Notes: a model not told the origin generated them from the sequence alone. A stretch of DNA of 64,000 nucleotides from Desulfovibrio sp. (GCA_031269345.1 JAISZH010000031.1:370-64369), one strand, 5' to 3'. Counted from the first letter of the stretch, positions 16,402-27,154 are shown. Numbers and translations are program-made.

Positions 16402-17565
16402 CTAATCGGCAAAATTTCCGCTCTCCTTTTTCACTCCCAGAGCCATCTTCCACAGCAGGGACAACACCAGAGCGCCGACGGCGCACACGCCGAGCGCGAT
16501 GGTTATTTCTCTGCCTGTCGGCGTATACGGGGTGATGTCGTCGAACATGTTGGGCGTGAAGCCGCCGATCAAAAGGCCCAATCCCTTGTCGATCCAGGTC
16601 GCCGCCACCAGCATGACGAGCGCTACGGGCAAAAGCGTCCGATGTTCACGCAGGGAAGGAGGGAGCAGAAGTGCCAGAGAAAGGATGGCCATAGCCGCTG
16701 CGGCCCACATCCAGCGGCTTGCCCAATGTCCTCCGTGCCCGGCAAAGAGGAAGTCTATGGGCTCCCTGTGTCCGGGGATGCCGCTGTAAAAGGCTGTGAA
16801 CAGCTCCAGCAGATAGAAGAAAACATTGACGCACATGGCATAGACAATGATTGTGGTCAGTGTTTTTACGGCTTCGCGTCCGGGGTCGAAACCTGTCAGA
16901 CGCCGCACGAGGAAGAGCAGCAAGAGCAGCAACGCAGGGCCTGAGCAGAAGGCCGAGGAGAGGAAGCGGGCGGCCATGATGGCGGTAAGCCAGTAATGGC
17001 GTCCGGGGATGCCGGCGTAAAGGAAGGCCGTGACTGTGTGGATGGAAAAGGCCCAGAGTATGGAAAGATAGACAAGCGGCTTTATCCATTTCGGGGGTTC
17101 GGTTTCCAGTCGCTCGGCCTCCAGAGTCGCCCAGCCGATAATTACGTTTAACGCGAGATAACCGGTGAGCACCAGCATGTCATAGAACATGACGGAAGAC
17201 GGCGCGGGGTGGAGCATGACGTTCAGCATGCGTTGCGGCTGTCCCAGGTCCACCACAATGAACAGGGCGCACATGACGACTGCCGCCACGGCCATGAATT
17301 CGCCGAAAATGATTATGCGCCTGAATTTTTTGTAGTGGTGGAAATAGGCCGGCAGCACCAGCATGACCGCCGATGCCGCGACCCCGACAAAATAGGTGAA
17401 CTGCGAGATATACAGACCCCACGATACGTCCCGGCTCATACCGGTGAGGGAAAGCCCCTCCCGCAGCTGCTGCAGGTAGACCAGACCGCAGCCGGTGATG
17501 AGGCAGAGCAGAAAGACAAGCCAGATATAGTAGGTCTTTGGACCGGAAAGCAGTTTTTCGAGCAT
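16402..17565 (-). CDS. dsrP: NrfD/PsrC-family integral membrane protein, DsrP-like
   Basis: 387-aa polytopic membrane protein in last position of a K-J-O-P gene order. Confidence 0.8.
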   Translation of the reverse strand: MLEKLLSGPKTYYIWLVFLLCLITGCGLVYLQQLREGLSLTGMSRDVSWGLYISQFTYFVGVAASAVMLVLPAYFHHYKKFRRIIIFGEFMAVAAVVMCALFIVVDLGQPQRMLNVMLHPAPSSVMFYDMLVLTGYLALNVIIGWATLEAERLETEPPKWIKPLVYLSILWAFSIHTVTAFLYAGIPGRHYWLTAIMAARFLSSAFCSGPALLLLLLFLVRRLTGFDPGREAVKTLTTIIVYAMCVNVFFYLLELFTAFYSGIPGHREPIDFLFAGHGGHWASRWMWAAAAMAILSLALLLPPSLREHRTLLPVALVMLVAATWIDKGLGLLIGGFTPNMFDDITPYTPTGREITIALGVCAVGALVLSLLWKMALGVKKESGNFAD

Positions 17566-17576
17566 GGTCCGGCCTC

Positions 17577-18350
17577 CTAGATGATGTAATAAACGCCGGG
17601 CCGGGTGCCGAGAGACGGCTTGCGGCGTATGCTGTAGTTTTCGGCCAGCGCCCGGCGCGGCGTAGATTCCGGGTCTTCCAGGTCTCCGAAGAGGATGCGG
17701 CCGTTCGAGGCTTCAACGCAGGCCGGCATCCGGCCGACGGCCAGGCGTTCCGCGCAGAAGTTGCACTTTTCCACCACCCCGATCATGCGCGTGGGAAAGG
17801 CCGGGTTCGGAGGCGGATCCGGCAGGAACAGGCGGGGATCTTTGAAATTGAAGGATCGCGCCCCGTAAGGACAGCCGGCCATGCAGAAGCGGCAGCCTAT
17901 GCAGCGATGGTAGTCTATCGCCACAATGCCGTCTTCGGTTTTGTAGGTGGCCCCGGTTGGGCAGACGCGCACGCAGGGCGGGTTGTCACAATGGTTGCAC
18001 AGCAGGGGAAACACGGAGGAGCGCGTGCGCTCGTCCGGGCGGTCGTTCACGGCATCGGGAAAGACGCGCGCGAAGGTGTCGTGCCAAAACCATTTGACGT
18101 TCCGGGGGCCGTCTATGCGCGGCACATTGTGCTCTTTGCGGCAGACCTCAGCAAGCAGGGCATAGTCTTCCGGTCCGCCGAATTCGCGCGTTTTGACGAC
18201 CATGCCCCAGCGCTTGGCGCGCAGGGATTTTTCGTTCCTGCCGTACCGTCCGGGCGCGACACCGGCCAAAGCTTCGCCAGACAGGGCCGTGCCGCCGATC
18301 ATGGTGAAGGCCGACAGCCAGGCCGTTTTTATAAAGCCGCGTCTGTTCAT
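17577..18350 (-). CDS. dsrO: Tat-exported 4Fe-4S ferredoxin-type protein, DsrO-like
   Basis: Twin-arginine leader MNRRGFIKTAW and several CxxCxxCxxxCP clusters (CNHCDNPPCVRVCP, CIGCRFCMAGCP, CNFC..). ATGA overlap with dsrJ. Confidence 0.85.
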   Translation of the reverse strand: MNRRGFIKTAWLSAFTMIGGTALSGEALAGVAPGRYGRNEKSLRAKRWGMVVKTREFGGPEDYALLAEVCRKEHNVPRIDGPRNVKWFWHDTFARVFPDAVNDRPDERTRSSVFPLLCNHCDNPPCVRVCPTGATYKTEDGIVAIDYHRCIGCRFCMAGCPYGARSFNFKDPRLFLPDPPPNPAFPTRMIGVVEKCNFCAERLAVGRMPACVEASNGRILFGDLEDPESTPRRALAENYSIRRKPSLGTRPGVYYII

Positions 18351-18730
18351 TTTCTGTTCTCCACGGGTAGGACATGGCAGGTCCAGCAATAGGGGTAGAC
18401 GCTGCTGGCCTCATGGCATCGCTCACAGAATTCGCGGTAGTTCGCGTGGCAGCTCAGGCAGGTATTCTGCAGGCTTACAGCCCATGTTCTGCCGTCAGCG
18501 GCGGTGTAGGAGCGGTTTTCTCCGCGCAGCGCCTCGTCTCTCCACTCGTTGAGCAGTTGCATGTGCCGGGAGCGCATGAGTCCCGTGTCCTCAATACAGT
18601 TTTTTTCATCTTTCGGCGGCACGATGCCGGTGTCTTTGTAGTCGCGCCCCAGCACTCCAGCCCAGAAAGGGGCGCTGAACAGGATCACGACTATTGCTAT
18701 CCCGGCGAGCACCGGTCTGGCGTTGTACAT
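18347..18730 (-). CDS. dsrJ: Membrane-anchored triheme cytochrome c, DsrJ-like
   Basis: N-terminal anchor plus three CxxCH motifs (CLSCH, CERCH, CWTCH) in 127 aa. Confidence 0.85.
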   Translation of the reverse strand: MYNARPVLAGIAIVVILFSAPFWAGVLGRDYKDTGIVPPKDEKNCIEDTGLMRSRHMQLLNEWRDEALRGENRSYTAADGRTWAVSLQNTCLSCHANYREFCERCHEASSVYPYCWTCHVLPVENRK

Positions 18731-20365
18731 TTATCCGTCCTCCCCCTGTTCTTCGGTCTCGTCGTCTACACCGGGCAGGTCCTCCTGGCGCAGGTCCGTG
18801 GTGCGTCTGCCCTCGCCCTTCATAATTAGGGCGTTGCCCACCAGTTCGTGCAGGCCGCTTACGCTCACCCCCGGCGCCCAGTAGTCCGCGAGAGGCGGCA
18901 GTGTGGCGCGGTCCAGGGCGCAGATGCAGGCCATATGGTTGACGCCGAATTTTTGCTGTACATGGCGCAGGGCGTTGCCGCGCGGCATGCCGGCGCGCAT
19001 ACGCAGTTCCATGATTTCTTCCGTGTTCAGGCCCGAGCCGGCCCCGCAGCAGAAGGTCTGTTCGCGGATGGTGTTTTCCGGCATTTCCACGAAATTGTTG
19101 CAGACGGCCCTCAGCACATGGCGCGGCTCGTCAAGAATCCCCATGCTGCGCGCGGGATTGCAGGAATCATGGAAGGTGACGATCAGATGGTCGTTACGGC
19201 TCGGATCCAAGTTGAGCTTGTTGTGGTGGATGAGATCGGCGGTGAATTCGGCGATGTGCACCATCCTGGTCGAAGCCGCGTTTTTGAAGACCGTGCCGGT
19301 CAGCGGCGAAACCGGAAGCGTCGTGTTGGCCGGGGCCGGTCCGTTGTAAGTGTCCATGTACTGGTTGATCACCCGCCACATGTGCCCGCATTCTCCGCCC
19401 AACAACCATTTTACGTTCAGGCGTTTGGCCTCGGCGTACATTTTGGCGTTAAGTTTTTTCGCCATGTCGAAGCTGACGAAAGAGCCGAAATTCCCCCCTT
19501 CCGAAGCGTAGGTGGAAAGGGTGTAGTCAAGGTCCAGTTCGTGGAAGAGCAGCAGGTAGCCCATGAAGGTATAGATGCCGGGGTCCGCGAACACGTCGCC
19601 TGAAGGGGTGATGAAGAGTATTTCGGCATTCTTTTTGTTGAATGGCGTCTTGGGGCGGATGCCGGTGACCGTTTCACAGTCGTCGGCCAGCATTTCCACT
19701 ATTTCCACGAAGGAATGGGGTTGGATGCCCAGATGGTTGCCGGTGAAGCTGCAATTCTTTACCGGATCCATGATCCAGTGTGTGCCCAGCCCCACCTCGT
19801 GCAGCAACTCACGCACGATCATGGTGATTTCCGCCGTGTCCACCCCGTACGGACAGAACAGGGAACAGCGGCGGCATTCCGTACACTGGTAGGCGTAATA
19901 GAAGAGTTCCTTGACGATGTCTTTGTCCCAGGAGCGCGCGCCCGCCGCTTTGCCGAGCAGTCTGCCGGGCAGGCTGTGGGTGCGGCGGTAGAGCGAACGC
20001 AGAAGCTCGGCCCGCAGGACGGGCATGTTTTTGGGGTCGTTGGTGCCGAGAAAAAAATGGCATTTGTCGGCGCAGGCCCCGCAACGCACGCAGATGTCCA
20101 TAAAGAGCTTGAGAGAGCGGTGTTTCTTAAGCCTTTCGGCAAAGGCGTCGCAGAGAACGCGCTCCCAGTCGTCAGGCAGTCCCCACTCGTCCGCCGCCGG
20201 ATCCCACTCGTGGGGATTGGGCATGTGCAGCGTTTCCATGGTTTCTTTTTTCGCGGGGTAACAGAAGTTCCCCGGAGCGAACTTTGGTCTTACGTCGAAC
20301 CATGACTCATCCGGAAAAGGCGGCCGGCCGGCAATGAGGGTATGGGGCGGCGGTAGTTTCGCCAT
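18731..20365 (-). CDS. dsrK: HdrD-like CCG-domain iron-sulfur protein, DsrK-like
   Basis: CxxCxxCxxxC ferredoxin motifs (CVRCGACADKC, CTECRRCSLFC) and C-terminal cysteine-rich CCG-type segments (FHDSCNP, FCCGAG). The ATG at 20365 sits behind an AGGAGA RBS. It directly abuts dsrJ. Confidence 0.85.
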   Translation of the reverse strand: MAKLPPPHTLIAGRPPFPDESWFDVRPKFAPGNFCYPAKKETMETLHMPNPHEWDPAADEWGLPDDWERVLCDAFAERLKKHRSLKLFMDICVRCGACADKCHFFLGTNDPKNMPVLRAELLRSLYRRTHSLPGRLLGKAAGARSWDKDIVKELFYYAYQCTECRRCSLFCPYGVDTAEITMIVRELLHEVGLGTHWIMDPVKNCSFTGNHLGIQPHSFVEIVEMLADDCETVTGIRPKTPFNKKNAEILFITPSGDVFADPGIYTFMGYLLLFHELDLDYTLSTYASEGGNFGSFVSFDMAKKLNAKMYAEAKRLNVKWLLGGECGHMWRVINQYMDTYNGPAPANTTLPVSPLTGTVFKNAASTRMVHIAEFTADLIHHNKLNLDPSRNDHLIVTFHDSCNPARSMGILDEPRHVLRAVCNNFVEMPENTIREQTFCCGAGSGLNTEEIMELRMRAGMPRGNALRHVQQKFGVNHMACICALDRATLPPLADYWAPGVSVSGLHELVGNALIMKGEGRRTTDLRQEDLPGVDDETEEQGEDG

Positions 20366-20510
20366 GTTGATGTCTCCTTTACCATTTCCGTATGAAAAAC
20401 CGCGTCCACCGATTTTTACGGGCATCCGCGTTGAGAGGTAAACGTGCAACGCGTGGGTCGCAGGCTGGATTGCGCGGTTTCCGGGTACAACTTATGGAAG
20501 TTCGCACTTA

Positions 20511-20605
20511 GTACCATGTATCGCTTAAAGCTGCGCGTTCGCTTCGTTTTAAGCGACAGGATCGCACGGCCATAAAACGCGGTTTTTCGCCGTGCTCACG
20601 CCGCC
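20511..20605 (+). repeat. Repeat family B, copy B1 (two hairpins: TCGCTTAAA..TTTAAGCGA and CACGGC..AAAACGCGGTTTTT..GCCGTG)
   Basis: Aligns by eye over ~95 bp with 40228-40321. Its 3' half also recurs at 37882-37941. Confidence 0.85.
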
Positions 20606-20641
20606 TGTGGCGGCGCGCCGGGTTTGTCCGCCCGGCGGCTG

Positions 20642-20681
20642 GTACGCTGTTCGATATGCATTTTTAAGCATTACAGCGTAC
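20642..20681 (-). repeat. Repeat family C, copy C1 (inverted relative to C2/C3)
   Basis: GTACGCTGT-tcgatatgcatttttaagcatt-ACAGCGTAC. Its reverse complement matches 15603-15642 and 36415-36454. Confidence 0.85.
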
Positions 20682-20801
20682 TAGATGGTGTCGTCACTAC
20701 ATCTATGACACGCTGAAAATATTTGAATATTGTCTAGTTTTGCGAGACAAAGATCTTCAAATAATTTCACATCATTATCAATCATATGACGACACCATCT
20801 A
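20682..20801. repeat. 120-bp AT-rich element bounded by perfect 15-bp inverted repeats (TAGATGGTGTCGTCA ... TGACGACACCATCTA)
   Basis: Arms read directly at 20682-20696 and 20787-20801. The 90-bp interior is much more AT-rich than its surroundings. It lies ~100 bp upstream of ilvC. Confidence 0.85.
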
Positions 20802-20883
20802 AATGCAAATTTTCCGAAATTCGTGCCTGGAGACGGAATTGCGCGAAAGTATGCCGCGTAGAATGCCCCCTTTTCCGGCATAA

Positions 20884-21897
<1,014 letters not shown>

Positions 21898-22011
21898 TCT
21901 CTCTCCCGTAAACTCACTGCCGAAACAAATTGCGTCCGGCAATTTGTTTCGGCAGCCTTCGTAAATCCGTCCTATTGAATTTCTTACACTGAAAACCGGG
22001 GCTGAACCAGG

Positions 22012-22617
22012 ATGATCGCCAGTATTGAAGGACAGTTGGGCGAAATAACGGAAAATTCCTGTCTTGTCATAACCTCCGGAGGCGCCGGATATGAAGTCGG
22101 CATAAGTTCATCGCTTCTCGCGCGTCTGCCGGAAAAAGGCGAAAATGTGCATTTTTTCACGGTCACCGTGGTCCGAGAAGACGCACTTGAATTGTTCGGC
22201 TTTGAAACCTGGGACGAGCGTGAAACTTTTCTGGCGCTGATTTCCATATCCAGGGTAGGGCCGCGCACCGCCTTGTCCATTCTTTCGACGTTTTCGCCGG
22301 ATGACTTGCGTCGCCTTGTGGCGGAAGACGACCCCATCTCTCTTACCCGGGTGTCCGGCATAGGCAAAAAGACAGGCCAGCAAATTTTTCTGGAACTCAA
22401 GTACAAGCTGAAGGGCGAGGTCACGCCCGGCCTGACGCGGTACGCTTCACGCCCTGGAGGCGTGTTGCAGGATGCGACGGCCGGTCTTGTCAACCTGGGA
22501 TATGCGGAGAATGAGGCTTTAGCCGCGGTAAAGACCGTGCTGGAGAAAGAAAAGGGATTGGATGTGGGCGAGGTTCTGAAAGCGGCTCTGAAAATCCTGG
22601 CGCGGAGCAGAGCATGA
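22012..22617 (+). CDS. ruvA: Holliday junction DNA helicase subunit RuvA
   Basis: [20 protein letters not shown] start, HhH motifs ([25 protein letters not shown]) and a C-terminal domain III. Confidence 0.95.
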   Translation: MIASIEGQLGEITENSCLVITSGGAGYEVGISSSLLARLPEKGENVHFFTVTVVREDALELFGFETWDERETFLALISISRVGPRTALSILSTFSPDDLRRLVAEDDPISLTRVSGIGKKTGQQIFLELKYKLKGEVTPGLTRYASRPGGVLQDATAGLVNLGYAENEALAAVKTVLEKEKGLDVGEVLKAALKILARSRA

Positions 22618-23576
22618 GTGAAGACGCGCTTCCGGATGAACAACTCAGACCGGGAACACTGGATGAATTCATCGGGCACCAGACTCTGCGCGGCAACCTG
22701 AAAGTTTATCTCCAGGCGGCGAAAGAACGCGGGCAGGCCTTGGATCATGTGCTTTTCTACGGCAACCCCGGCCTCGGCAAAACCACCCTGGCGCAGATTA
22801 TGGCCGGAGAACTGGGGGTGAACATGGTTTCCAGTTCCGGGCCGGTGCTTGAGCGTAGCGGAGACCTTGCAGCCATACTGACCAGCCTTTCCCGTAACGA
22901 TATTCTTTTTATTGACGAGATCCACCGGATGCCTGTCGTGGTGGAGGAGGTCATGTACCCGGCGCTTGAAGACTTCAGGCTGGACTTGGTCATAGGCCAG
23001 GGGCCGGGAGCGCGGACGGTCAAAATACCGGTCGAGCCCTTTACTCTCGTCGGGGCGACGACGCGCATCGGGCTTTTATCCTCGCCGTTGCGCGACAGAT
23101 TCGGAGTTATTCTTCACCTTGACTTCTATTCTCCGGAAGAGCTGGCGCGTATTGTAAAACGCACTGCACGCATTCTCGGCGTGTCCATAACGGATGCCGG
23201 GGCGTTCGAAATTGGCAGGCGCTCCCGCGGTACGCCGCGCATCGCCAACCGTTATTTGCGGAGGGTTCGCGATTTTTCCACGGTAAACGGCTCGGAATTG
23301 ATAGGAAAAGAAGAGGCGGCAAACGCTTTGGCGCGGATGGACGTTGATGAAAACGGCCTGGATCAGATGGACAGAAAATTGCTGTCCGTTCTGATCGAAA
23401 ATTACGGAGGCGGACCAGTCGGACTGAAAACTCTGGCGGTAGCCTGCAGCGAAGATGTGCGCACCCTTGAGGACATTTACGAGCCCTACCTTGTCCAAAG
23501 CGGCTTTTTGAAACTAACCCGCCGGGGCCGGGTGGCTACGCTTAAGGCCTATGAACACATAAAGCTGTTTGGGTGA
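22614..23576 (+). CDS. ruvB: Holliday junction ATP-dependent DNA helicase RuvB
   Basis: [11 protein letters not shown], Walker [12 protein letters not shown], Walker [10 protein letters not shown] and a RuvB C-terminal winged helix. Overlaps ruvA by 4 nt. Confidence 0.97.
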   Translation: MSEDALPDEQLRPGTLDEFIGHQTLRGNLKVYLQAAKERGQALDHVLFYGNPGLGKTTLAQIMAGELGVNMVSSSGPVLERSGDLAAILTSLSRNDILFIDEIHRMPVVVEEVMYPALEDFRLDLVIGQGPGARTVKIPVEPFTLVGATTRIGLLSSPLRDRFGVILHLDFYSPEELARIVKRTARILGVSITDAGAFEIGRRSRGTPRIANRYLRRVRDFSTVNGSELIGKEEAANALARMDVDENGLDQMDRKLLSVLIENYGGGPVGLKTLAVACSEDVRTLEDIYEPYLVQSGFLKLTRRGRVATLKAYEHIKLFG

Positions 23577-23587
23577 GAGCGAAGCTG

Positions 23588-23637
23588 TTCAGATTTCCAT
23601 GGGGAAATCTGTATTTGGAATCCCAATGAGATATCCG
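23588..23637 (-). repeat. Repeat family D, short inverted copy D3
   Basis: The reverse complement (CGGATATCTCATTGGGATTCCAAATACAGATTTCCCCATGGAAATCTGAAC) matches the 5' part of D1 (28329-28382). Confidence 0.7.
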
Positions 23638-23639
23638 CC

Positions 23640-23992
23640 GGAACCCGCAAATTTTATTAACAATATAAATATATCATATAGATATATTAAAAGTCCGAGA
23701 TATTTCCATTTAAATTTTCAAATTTCTTCTGCCGTGAGATAATGCGATTTAGGTGATATTTTGAGATATTTTGTAAAAATCAACGAAAATTTTATTTTAC
23801 CCTGTTAATTTTTTTCATGTCCACTGTGATTTGCCCGGAGATGTTTCGCCGTATCGTCTGGAAGAATAGGGTTTTACGCCTTTGAAAACAGGTCACGCTT
23901 CAAAAAAATCTTCATTTATATCAATATAATATACTCAAAAAATAATGTGAAAGCCTTTTTTTAAGCGAGGATGTCAAGGGATAATTTCCGCC
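23640..23992. other. Pronounced AT-rich intergenic region upstream of dnaA; candidate replication origin/unwinding region
   Basis: By eye it is far more AT-rich than the rest of the window. GAGAT(A/G)(T/A) motifs recur at 23628, 23697, 23736, 23763 and 23838, with a GTGATAT variant at 23753. The 8-mer TGTCCACT occurs twice (23818 and 23994); TTGTCCACT matches 7/9 of the DnaA box TTATCCACA. Confidence 0.4.
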
Positions 23993-24028
23993 TTGTCCAC
24001 TTCCCTACCCCTGCCGTATATACGAGCC

Positions 24029-25582
24029 ATGCAAAAAAAATGGGCAAAAATTCTTAAAATTCTTGATAAAAGCATCGCTCCGGCACAACTCAAAGTCTGG
24101 TTGCAGCCGCTGATCCCGGCGCGGGACGAGGGCGGCCTGGTATTGTCGGCTAAAACGGAATTTGTCTGCGCCCATGTCAACACATGGTTTATCTCCGCCC
24201 TGAAAAGCGCGGCAACGGAAGTTTTCGGCTTCGATTGTCCTGTGCGGGTTGAATGCCGGCCCGGTTTGCCTTTGCCGTTCAACGACCCGGAAAAGCCGGA
24301 GAAATCGCTGCCGATCGACGAAACTTCGCCTGTTGCGGCGTCGGACGACGAAGAAAACCGGCAGCCGGGAAGTCCGGAACCCTGTGCGGGCTTTTTAGCG
24401 GCTCCGCCTTCCAGCCCCCTGCCGGCGGTCAGACAAGTTCATCTTCCTTATGATCCGCGGCCGAAACGCGAAGACTCACATAAGGAACGGCAGTGGCGTT
24501 TTTCCTTTGACGATTTCGTGGTCGGCCCCTGCAACCGGCTGGCGCACGCAGCGTCCCTGAGCATGTGCGATACGGGAAAAAACGCGGCCGTTCTTTTTTT
24601 AAGTTCTCCGCCCGGCCTTGGGAAAACGCATCTCATGCAGGCTGTGGGGAAGCTGCTGTGCGAAACGTGCAACCGCCGGCGTCCAAAGGTGGAATACCTG
24701 ACGGCCGAAGAATTCGCCTCGCATTTTATCTATGCTTTGAAAGGCACGGGCAACGACATGCTCGCATTCAAAGCCAGATACCGGGAACTGGACCTGCTAC
24801 TGCTTGACGACGTACACTTCCTGCAAAGCAAGGTTAAGACCCAGAACGAATTGCTCTATATTTTGCAAAGCCTCGCCGCCAACGGCGGAAAAACGGTGTT
24901 CTCCAGCTCGTTTGCCCCTCATGATTTTAAAAACATGGACGAGCAGCTTTTTTCACGCATGTCGGCCGGGCTTTTATCCTTTATCGAACACCCGGATGAG
25001 GATACAAGGAGGGGGATATTGCGACGCAAGGCCTCTTTACATCAGATCCGTCTTCCGAAAGAGGTCGAGGACATTCTGGCCGGTCCCGCTTTTGACGATG
25101 TGCGCAAAATTGAAAGCTGCCTGCACACGCTTATCCACAAAGCGCGGCTCATGAACTCCATGCTGACGCCAGAGCTGGCCATGGAGGCCATAGGGCAATA
25201 TTCCGAATATCGCGCTCCGAGGGACATTGAGAGTATTATCGCCGTCATTTGCAAACTGTATGGGCTTACAAGGGAACAACTGTCGTCCGGCAGCCGCAGG
25301 CAGGAATACGTTTCCGCGCGCAATACGGCTTTTTATCTTGCCAGAAAATATACCGACCTGTCTCTGGAGGCGATCGGCAGACGATTCAACCGGCGGCATT
25401 CAACGGTAATCAAGGGCATAACCTGGCTTGAACGCGAACTCTCCCGCCGAAGTCCGCTAGGACTTCAACTGTCCAACTCCATCAGTATAATTGAAAAAAA
25501 CGCCCGCATCTCCTCTCCCGGCGCCCCTATGCACGCTAATGACGCCGCGCGCCCGTGCTTAAATCCTGTGGTGACAACCTAA
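24029..25582 (+). CDS. dnaA: Chromosomal replication initiator DnaA-family protein
   Basis: AAA+ domain III (FLSSPPGLGKTHLMQA, DLLLLDDVHFL) and domain IV (SRRQEYVSARNTAFYLARKYTDLSLEAIGRRFNRRHSTVIKG). The start is uncertain (ATG at 24029 or TTG at 23993). No dnaN follows. Confidence 0.85.
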   Translation: MQKKWAKILKILDKSIAPAQLKVWLQPLIPARDEGGLVLSAKTEFVCAHVNTWFISALKSAATEVFGFDCPVRVECRPGLPLPFNDPEKPEKSLPIDETSPVAASDDEENRQPGSPEPCAGFLAAPPSSPLPAVRQVHLPYDPRPKREDSHKERQWRFSFDDFVVGPCNRLAHAASLSMCDTGKNAAVLFLSSPPGLGKTHLMQAVGKLLCETCNRRRPKVEYLTAEEFASHFIYALKGTGNDMLAFKARYRELDLLLLDDVHFLQSKVKTQNELLYILQSLAANGGKTVFSSSFAPHDFKNMDEQLFSRMSAGLLSFIEHPDEDTRRGILRRKASLHQIRLPKEVEDILAGPAFDDVRKIESCLHTLIHKARLMNSMLTPELAMEAIGQYSEYRAPRDIESIIAVICKLYGLTREQLSSGSRRQEYVSARNTAFYLARKYTDLSLEAIGRRFNRRHSTVIKGITWLERELSRRSPLGLQLSNSISIIEKNARISSPGAPMHANDAARPCLNPVVTT

Positions 25583-27136
25583 GTCATTGGTATTGCGCAG
25601 CGCGGCCTGGGTAATCAGGTAAGCGGTCTGGCAGCCGTGGAAAAGTTCCACCACCGGACGGGACAAGGTCGCGCTACGGTAAAATTCGTGGATATGGCGG
25701 GACAGGTCGCGAAGCTCCTCAAAGGCTCTGGTCAGGCGCGCCCCGGTTCGGGTGATCCCCACATAGTTCCACATGGTATTGCGGATAGTGGCCCAATCCT
25801 GGGCAATCAGGGCCGGATCGTCATTGCGTTCGTCGCCCAGCGCTTTCCAGTCCTCAATCTCCCCATACAGGCGCAGGCAGGGATCAAGTCCGCTTTTTAT
25901 CGTGGCGCTTATGTCGTCGCCCGCCGCCTTGCCCCAGAGCAGGGCTTCAAGCAGCGAGGTGCTGGCAAGGCGGTTCGCGCCGTGCACGCCGGTGCAGGCA
26001 CATTCCCCAACGCAATAGAGGCGGTTAAGACTTGTGCGCCCCCTGAGGTCCACCAGCACGCCGCCGCAGAAATAATGGGCGGCCGGCACGACCGGGATCG
26101 GCTCTGAACGGATATCGATCCCGCGTTCCAGGCAGCTTTGCAGGATCGTGGGGAAGCGCGCCGCCAAGTCTTGCTTCACCCCGCCAAGATCAAGAAAAAC
26201 GCAAGGTTCCCCGCTGGTCAGCAGCACATCGACTATGGCACGCGACACTATGTCGCGCGGAGCCAAATCGCCGCGGCTGTCGTATCTCTCCATGAAATAA
26301 TCGCCGCCGCCGGCAAACAGACGCGCGCCCTCGCCACGCAGGGCCTCGGTGATTAAAAACCTCTGCATTTCAACGTAAAAAAGTGTGGTGGGGTGGAATT
26401 GCACGAATTCAATATTCATAAGGCGGGCAAACGCCCTTCCGGCCATGCTGATCCCCGCCCCTACGGCGCTTCTGGAATTGGACGAATGCAGATAGACCTG
26501 TCCCGCCCCCCCGGTAGCCAGCACCGTAACGTCAGCCAGCATGGTTTCCACCTCGCCCGTGGTCTCGTTCAGGACATAGGCCCCGCAGCACTGGTCCTCA
26601 AGCTGATAGCGGTAGGTCATACCCCGGCTGTGGTGGTGCGAGGTCAGAAGATCCACAGCCACGCAGCCCTCGCAGACAGAGATGCAGGGATTGCTGCGCA
26701 CGGCGGCGTAAACGCATTCCATTATGGCGTTTCCGGTGTGGTCCGCGCAGTGCAGGATGCGGTAAGATGAATGCCCGGCCTCGCGCGTCAGGTCCCAATG
26801 CGTTTTGTTCTTGCGATCAAAGGGGACCTCAAGACGCTCGATCAGGATTTCATCCACCGCGCGCGGCCCTTCCTCGGCCAGGAATTTCACCGCCGGAGCG
26901 TGGTTGATGTTGTGCCCGGCGGTCATTATGTCCTCTTCAAGCCGTCTTGCGTCATCCTTATCGTAAGCACGGTAGATGATCCCGCCTTGGGCCAGCGCGG
27001 AATTGGAGCCGCGCTCCACAGCCGGGGCCAGCAATTTGACGTCTATGCCCTGTTCGGCAATGCGCAACGCCGTGACGCAACCTGCCAATCCCGTCCCGAT
27101 CACAAGTACGGCGCTGTGGTTTCGCTGTGCTGCCAT
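25559..27136 (-). CDS. nadB: L-aspartate oxidase
   Basis: FAD-binding start VLVIGTGLAGC, flavoprotein motifs of the succinate dehydrogenase/fumarate reductase family, and nadA/nadC as neighbours. Confidence 0.92.
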   Translation of the reverse strand: MAAQRNHSAVLVIGTGLAGCVTALRIAEQGIDVKLLAPAVERGSNSALAQGGIIYRAYDKDDARRLEEDIMTAGHNINHAPAVKFLAEEGPRAVDEILIERLEVPFDRKNKTHWDLTREAGHSSYRILHCADHTGNAIMECVYAAVRSNPCISVCEGCVAVDLLTSHHHSRGMTYRYQLEDQCCGAYVLNETTGEVETMLADVTVLATGGAGQVYLHSSNSRSAVGAGISMAGRAFARLMNIEFVQFHPTTLFYVEMQRFLITEALRGEGARLFAGGGDYFMERYDSRGDLAPRDIVSRAIVDVLLTSGEPCVFLDLGGVKQDLAARFPTILQSCLERGIDIRSEPIPVVPAAHYFCGGVLVDLRGRTSLNRLYCVGECACTGVHGANRLASTSLLEALLWGKAAGDDISATIKSGLDPCLRLYGEIEDWKALGDERNDDPALIAQDWATIRNTMWNYVGITRTGARLTRAFEELRDLSRHIHEFYRSATLSRPVVELFHGCQTAYLITQAALRNTNDLGCHHRI

Positions 27137-27154
27137 GAATAACTCCGCAAAACT

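Noticed and set aside
25559-25582. A 24-nt convergent overlap between the dnaA-family gene and the nadB 3' end.
   Set aside because: It probably just reflects a non-conserved C-terminal tail on the DnaA-family ORF. There is no evidence that it is functionally meaningful.
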